Below are positions 60,701 to 64,000 of a stretch of DNA of 64,000 nucleotides, in pieces. The stretch is from Podarcis gaigeae (taxonomy: Eukaryota): assembly GCA_964106915.2 (NCBI GenBank), contig OZ066928.1; one strand, given 5' to 3'. A program made the translations under genes and the position numbers. The notes beneath the pieces are model-generated. The model saw only the letters and a program-made list of their open reading frames with translations. It was not told where the DNA came from and did no database searches. Each line of letters begins with the position of its first letter. Position 1 is the first letter of the stretch.

Positions 60701-63499
60701 TACAGCTACTGTGTGACACAAATCAGCCCACTTCGTTTAGTGTTTTCCTCATCTTCTTGGGAGCCTACAAGATTCTCAACAGCCAACATGCTGTAGCAGT
60801 CCACTAACATAAACCCCACACAAATTTATGACAACGTGCTACAACAACCCTCACAACCTACAATGCTTTCAGCACATGTGACATTCCTTACAATCCATAA
60901 ATGCTGGTAAATTACATTGTGACCCATAGCACCACCAGCCTTGGACTTCGCAAAACCCATTCTATAACTTGCATTTTTAAGGGATTGCGTTCAGCCATTT
61001 AGCAATACTGCTACTTGAAAGTTGAGGCAGACCTCAAACGTATAACTATCTTTTTTATTTTTTGAGGTAGCAGATTTGACTGTGTATATACTCTGAAAGC
61101 AACACCCACAAAGAACCAGCCACGGACATGATATACAACACTGAATGCAGCAAAAGGCAAAGGCTTAAATCTAAACTAGATTCCACACACTGTCTTTGCT
61201 TACAATTTACTGCCCACTATTAATCACCTTTTACCATGGACTAGCACCTTTAACCAACAAACATAGGTATTTGCTTTAGGGCATAGTTCCCTACACTAGA
61301 ACACTTCCATTAGTTGTCATGAGCTGCCTTTTCCCTTGTAAATTTGTCACCTGCATCCCCAAAATACAGCCTATCATGGACACCAGCTTCAGGGGATCCT
61401 GCAATGCCAGTCGGTTCTACTGGATCCCCAGTGCCCAACTAGGGGATAAGTCCTGAGTGAATAGGCCATGACTGTGGTGTTTATCTGCCCCTCCTTAAAG
61501 AGGAGAGGTGAGAAATTTTCAAGTTTAAATGGGAAACTTGTGGTGTACAATAACCTTGAGCCAAGACTGCTCTTGGAATAGCCAGGGTCTGTCAACACAG
61601 CACCCAAGTGGTTTCTGGAGCATCAGAAGATTTGGGCTACATGAAAGGCATAGTATGCTTTGTGCTAATCCGGTGTGTTTGGGATTAGAATGGGAACTGC
61701 ACAAATCAAGGCCATAATACCACTGAGAGCTGATCTTAATGGCAGTGGTTTCCAATGCTTTTTTTTTTTTTTGGCCATGCCTCTCTGTTTCTTTTCTTTT
61801 GTCTTGTAGCCTATGGGAAATGCAGAACATCTGGTGCCGTTGCTATCTCAGTCCAGGAAATGAGCCACATTCCATAACTTTCTCTCAGTTGGAGATATGG
61901 AGGCAGCAGTTCCACCGTAGCGATTGCTAACCAAGAAAAGAGCCTTGAGCTGCCTGATCAACAACAGCCCAGATTTAAAAATACACCCATGTTTAAAATG
62001 ATTATGGGATCACACTAGCTTAAATCTAAGCGACCCAGCCTAACTATTCAGATGCCAGTCCTTCTGAATAGTTGCAGTCTACCTGAAAGGAAATGGGGAC
62101 ACGTGTTTATTTTCCAACATAACTAGCTGTGCTGCTGAGCGCAGTTCAAAAGAAGTCCTTTTTGGTCACTCAGAAGCGCAGATATACTATGCTTTCAAGT
62201 GCTCCTTGCAACTGAATATTTTGTACTGCATTTGACCTGTGTGACTTGGTTAAGACCACTACGCATAGGAAGCTCAAGATAGCAGCTATCCATACGCTTC
62301 TTAAGTTTGCCACACACAAATTGATCCAAAGAGGGAGGGACTGGACCCCAAAGCACAAGGCGTAAATAAACTCTATAGATGCCAGCAGATTCTGATTCCC
62401 AACCACCTTTGTTTGCAGGAGGTCACTCAGGTGGAGATTATTCCAACTCCAAAAGGAAGCAGGCAGGCCTAGGCTCTTTGGAAGAAGCTGCTGTGCAGAC
62501 AAAGAGAAGAGAGGGAGCTGCCTCCCATCACATAAAAAAGCAGATTTCGGAACAGAGCAGAACTGCAAATCCAAAGTAAACACATAACAAGGAATTAGAA
62601 TTTAATGCATGAGGAAGTCCATTACAGTGCTTAAATACAATATATATAATATGTATTTATATATTATGTATATATATAAATATGTAAATTAAAACAATAA
62701 GGCTCTCTGTTATAAAGCTTCTCTCACATAAGGCTGCTGTTACTGCCATTGGAACAATATGTTTTAAAGCCTGCTCCTCTCCCCTGTTTTCCCATGAGAT
62801 TTAATCTGGGCCTTGTCTCTTCCTCCCACTGACCTTGGAAGATATGGAGGTACCCGGGCGCTTGCAAGTTCCTTTTGCAACATACCAACTCTTCTGGTTT
62901 TTTTTTTTATTATTATAAAGGTTTTGGATTTCTTCCCAGCTTAAAGGTTCTTCATGGTTTAACGGTCACTGTGAGACAATTCCAGACCCCATAAAACCAC
63001 CATCCTGTGAAGGCCACAGATCATTTCACTTGGCCAAAATCCACCATAGGCCACTTCCTGACTCAACCCCAAAATTGGCCCAGAAAAAGCGACAGTCCAC
63101 AACACAAACTGTAGAGGGGGGGGGGGGGAAAGCTATTCATGTCAGTTTGTAGTTTGCACAGAAAGGCACCACCATGTGCCCTTGTTTCCTTCCTTTCAGA
63201 GTTCCTTGAATCTAGACATGTCACAACATCCAGTTTTGACCTCATCTGGATTTTGGGTACGTAACCCTGGATTGCCCTTCCAAAGGAAATGCTCTGTAGA
63301 TACACCAAGGAGTGCTCTCCTGGAAGCCAAACCTCCTGCAAGGATTCTGGTGAGCTTCTGGTGAGGATGTCCCCTTAAGGATCCGAGTGAAGTCTGTCAC
63401 ACAGAGGGGAGGAGAGAGGAATGGAGAGTAGCAGCTGCTGAGGAACTGGTTAGACAAAGCCTCTCGCTTGCAGGAGGTGTTAGATAAGGGAAGTCGGAC
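57780..63499 (-). other. Probable terminal exon and long 3'UTR of DRP2 (possible short coding end at 63480-63499)
   Basis: Strong minus-strand acceptor TTTTGTTTTCTCTTTCAG at 63499 and minus-strand AATAAA at 57795-57800. The DRP2 identity is inferred only from synteny. Confidence 0.4.
60236..60471. mobile_element. Tc1/mariner (Tigger-like) MITE, inverted relative to the 27415 copy
   Basis: TA|CAGTGGTACCTCGGGTTA...TAACCCGAGGTACCACTG|TA. Confidence 0.88.
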
Positions 63500-64000
63500 C
63501 TGAAAGAGAAAACAAAACAGGGTCGCATCCAGTGGAATATGTGCCTGCTGGATTCATGTTATAAAGGTTGTCTCCAGAGTGTCTTTTTTTTTTTTTTTTT
63601 TTAAACGAGAGGGATTCATTGGCATACCAGAAATCTGGGTTTGTGCAATTCATGAATTAAAGCCCTCTGGCGTAACAAAACTGTTATCACACACACAAAC
63701 ACCCTCAAAACTGGACTGCTTGCAGCTAGGAAAGAGATGGGGAAATGCTTTTAAAAATATGGGACAACGATCAATTGGCAGGAAGATGTATAACCTCCAT
63801 GCAAACAAATAAAGATGAATGCACATTGTTGTATAACCTCCCCACAAACAGATCAGGATGAATGTTCAATAAACAGGTTGCCTGGAGAAGCCCAAGGATA
63901 TTCAGAGTTATACCCGGAGGCAGTTTGGAGAGTGGAGGTGTTAAGGGCTTGTCTATATGTGTATACATGTACAGACAATTTGGGTTTGATAATAGGGCTA

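Noticed and set aside
63242-63499. Longer phase-0 open frame after the minus-strand acceptor
   Set aside because: No recognisable protein similarity, and the phase cannot be fixed because the upstream exon is outside the window.

Overview
Vertebrate genomic DNA from a squamate reptile, probably a lacertid lizard (inferred from Sauria-SINE, Squam3-like SINE and BovB copies). The window is the reptile counterpart of the mammalian Xq22 BTK-TIMM8A-TAF7L-DRP2 block. In order: the last 9 coding exons of BTK (+); complete TIMM8A (+, 97 aa); a complete NIPA2-like Mg2+ transporter gene (-, 361 aa); the intron-containing TAF7/TAF7L gene (+, 357 aa), head-to-head with the NIPA-like gene on a roughly 170-bp CpG/ETS promoter and carrying one U12-type intron; a complete AIPL1-like co-chaperone gene (+, 838 aa) whose last exon adds a ~510-aa Glu-rich tail; and probably the terminal exon and long 3'UTR of DRP2 (-). 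To my recollection the NIPA-like and AIPL-like genes have no counterpart in the human interval. Introns and intergenic DNA hold an L1 insertion, BovB fragments, SINEs, MITEs, solo LTRs, nested insertions and Penelope-type palindromes carrying minimal hammerhead ribozyme motifs. Exon boundaries were read by hand, and comparisons to human proteins and synteny are from memory, not from searches.
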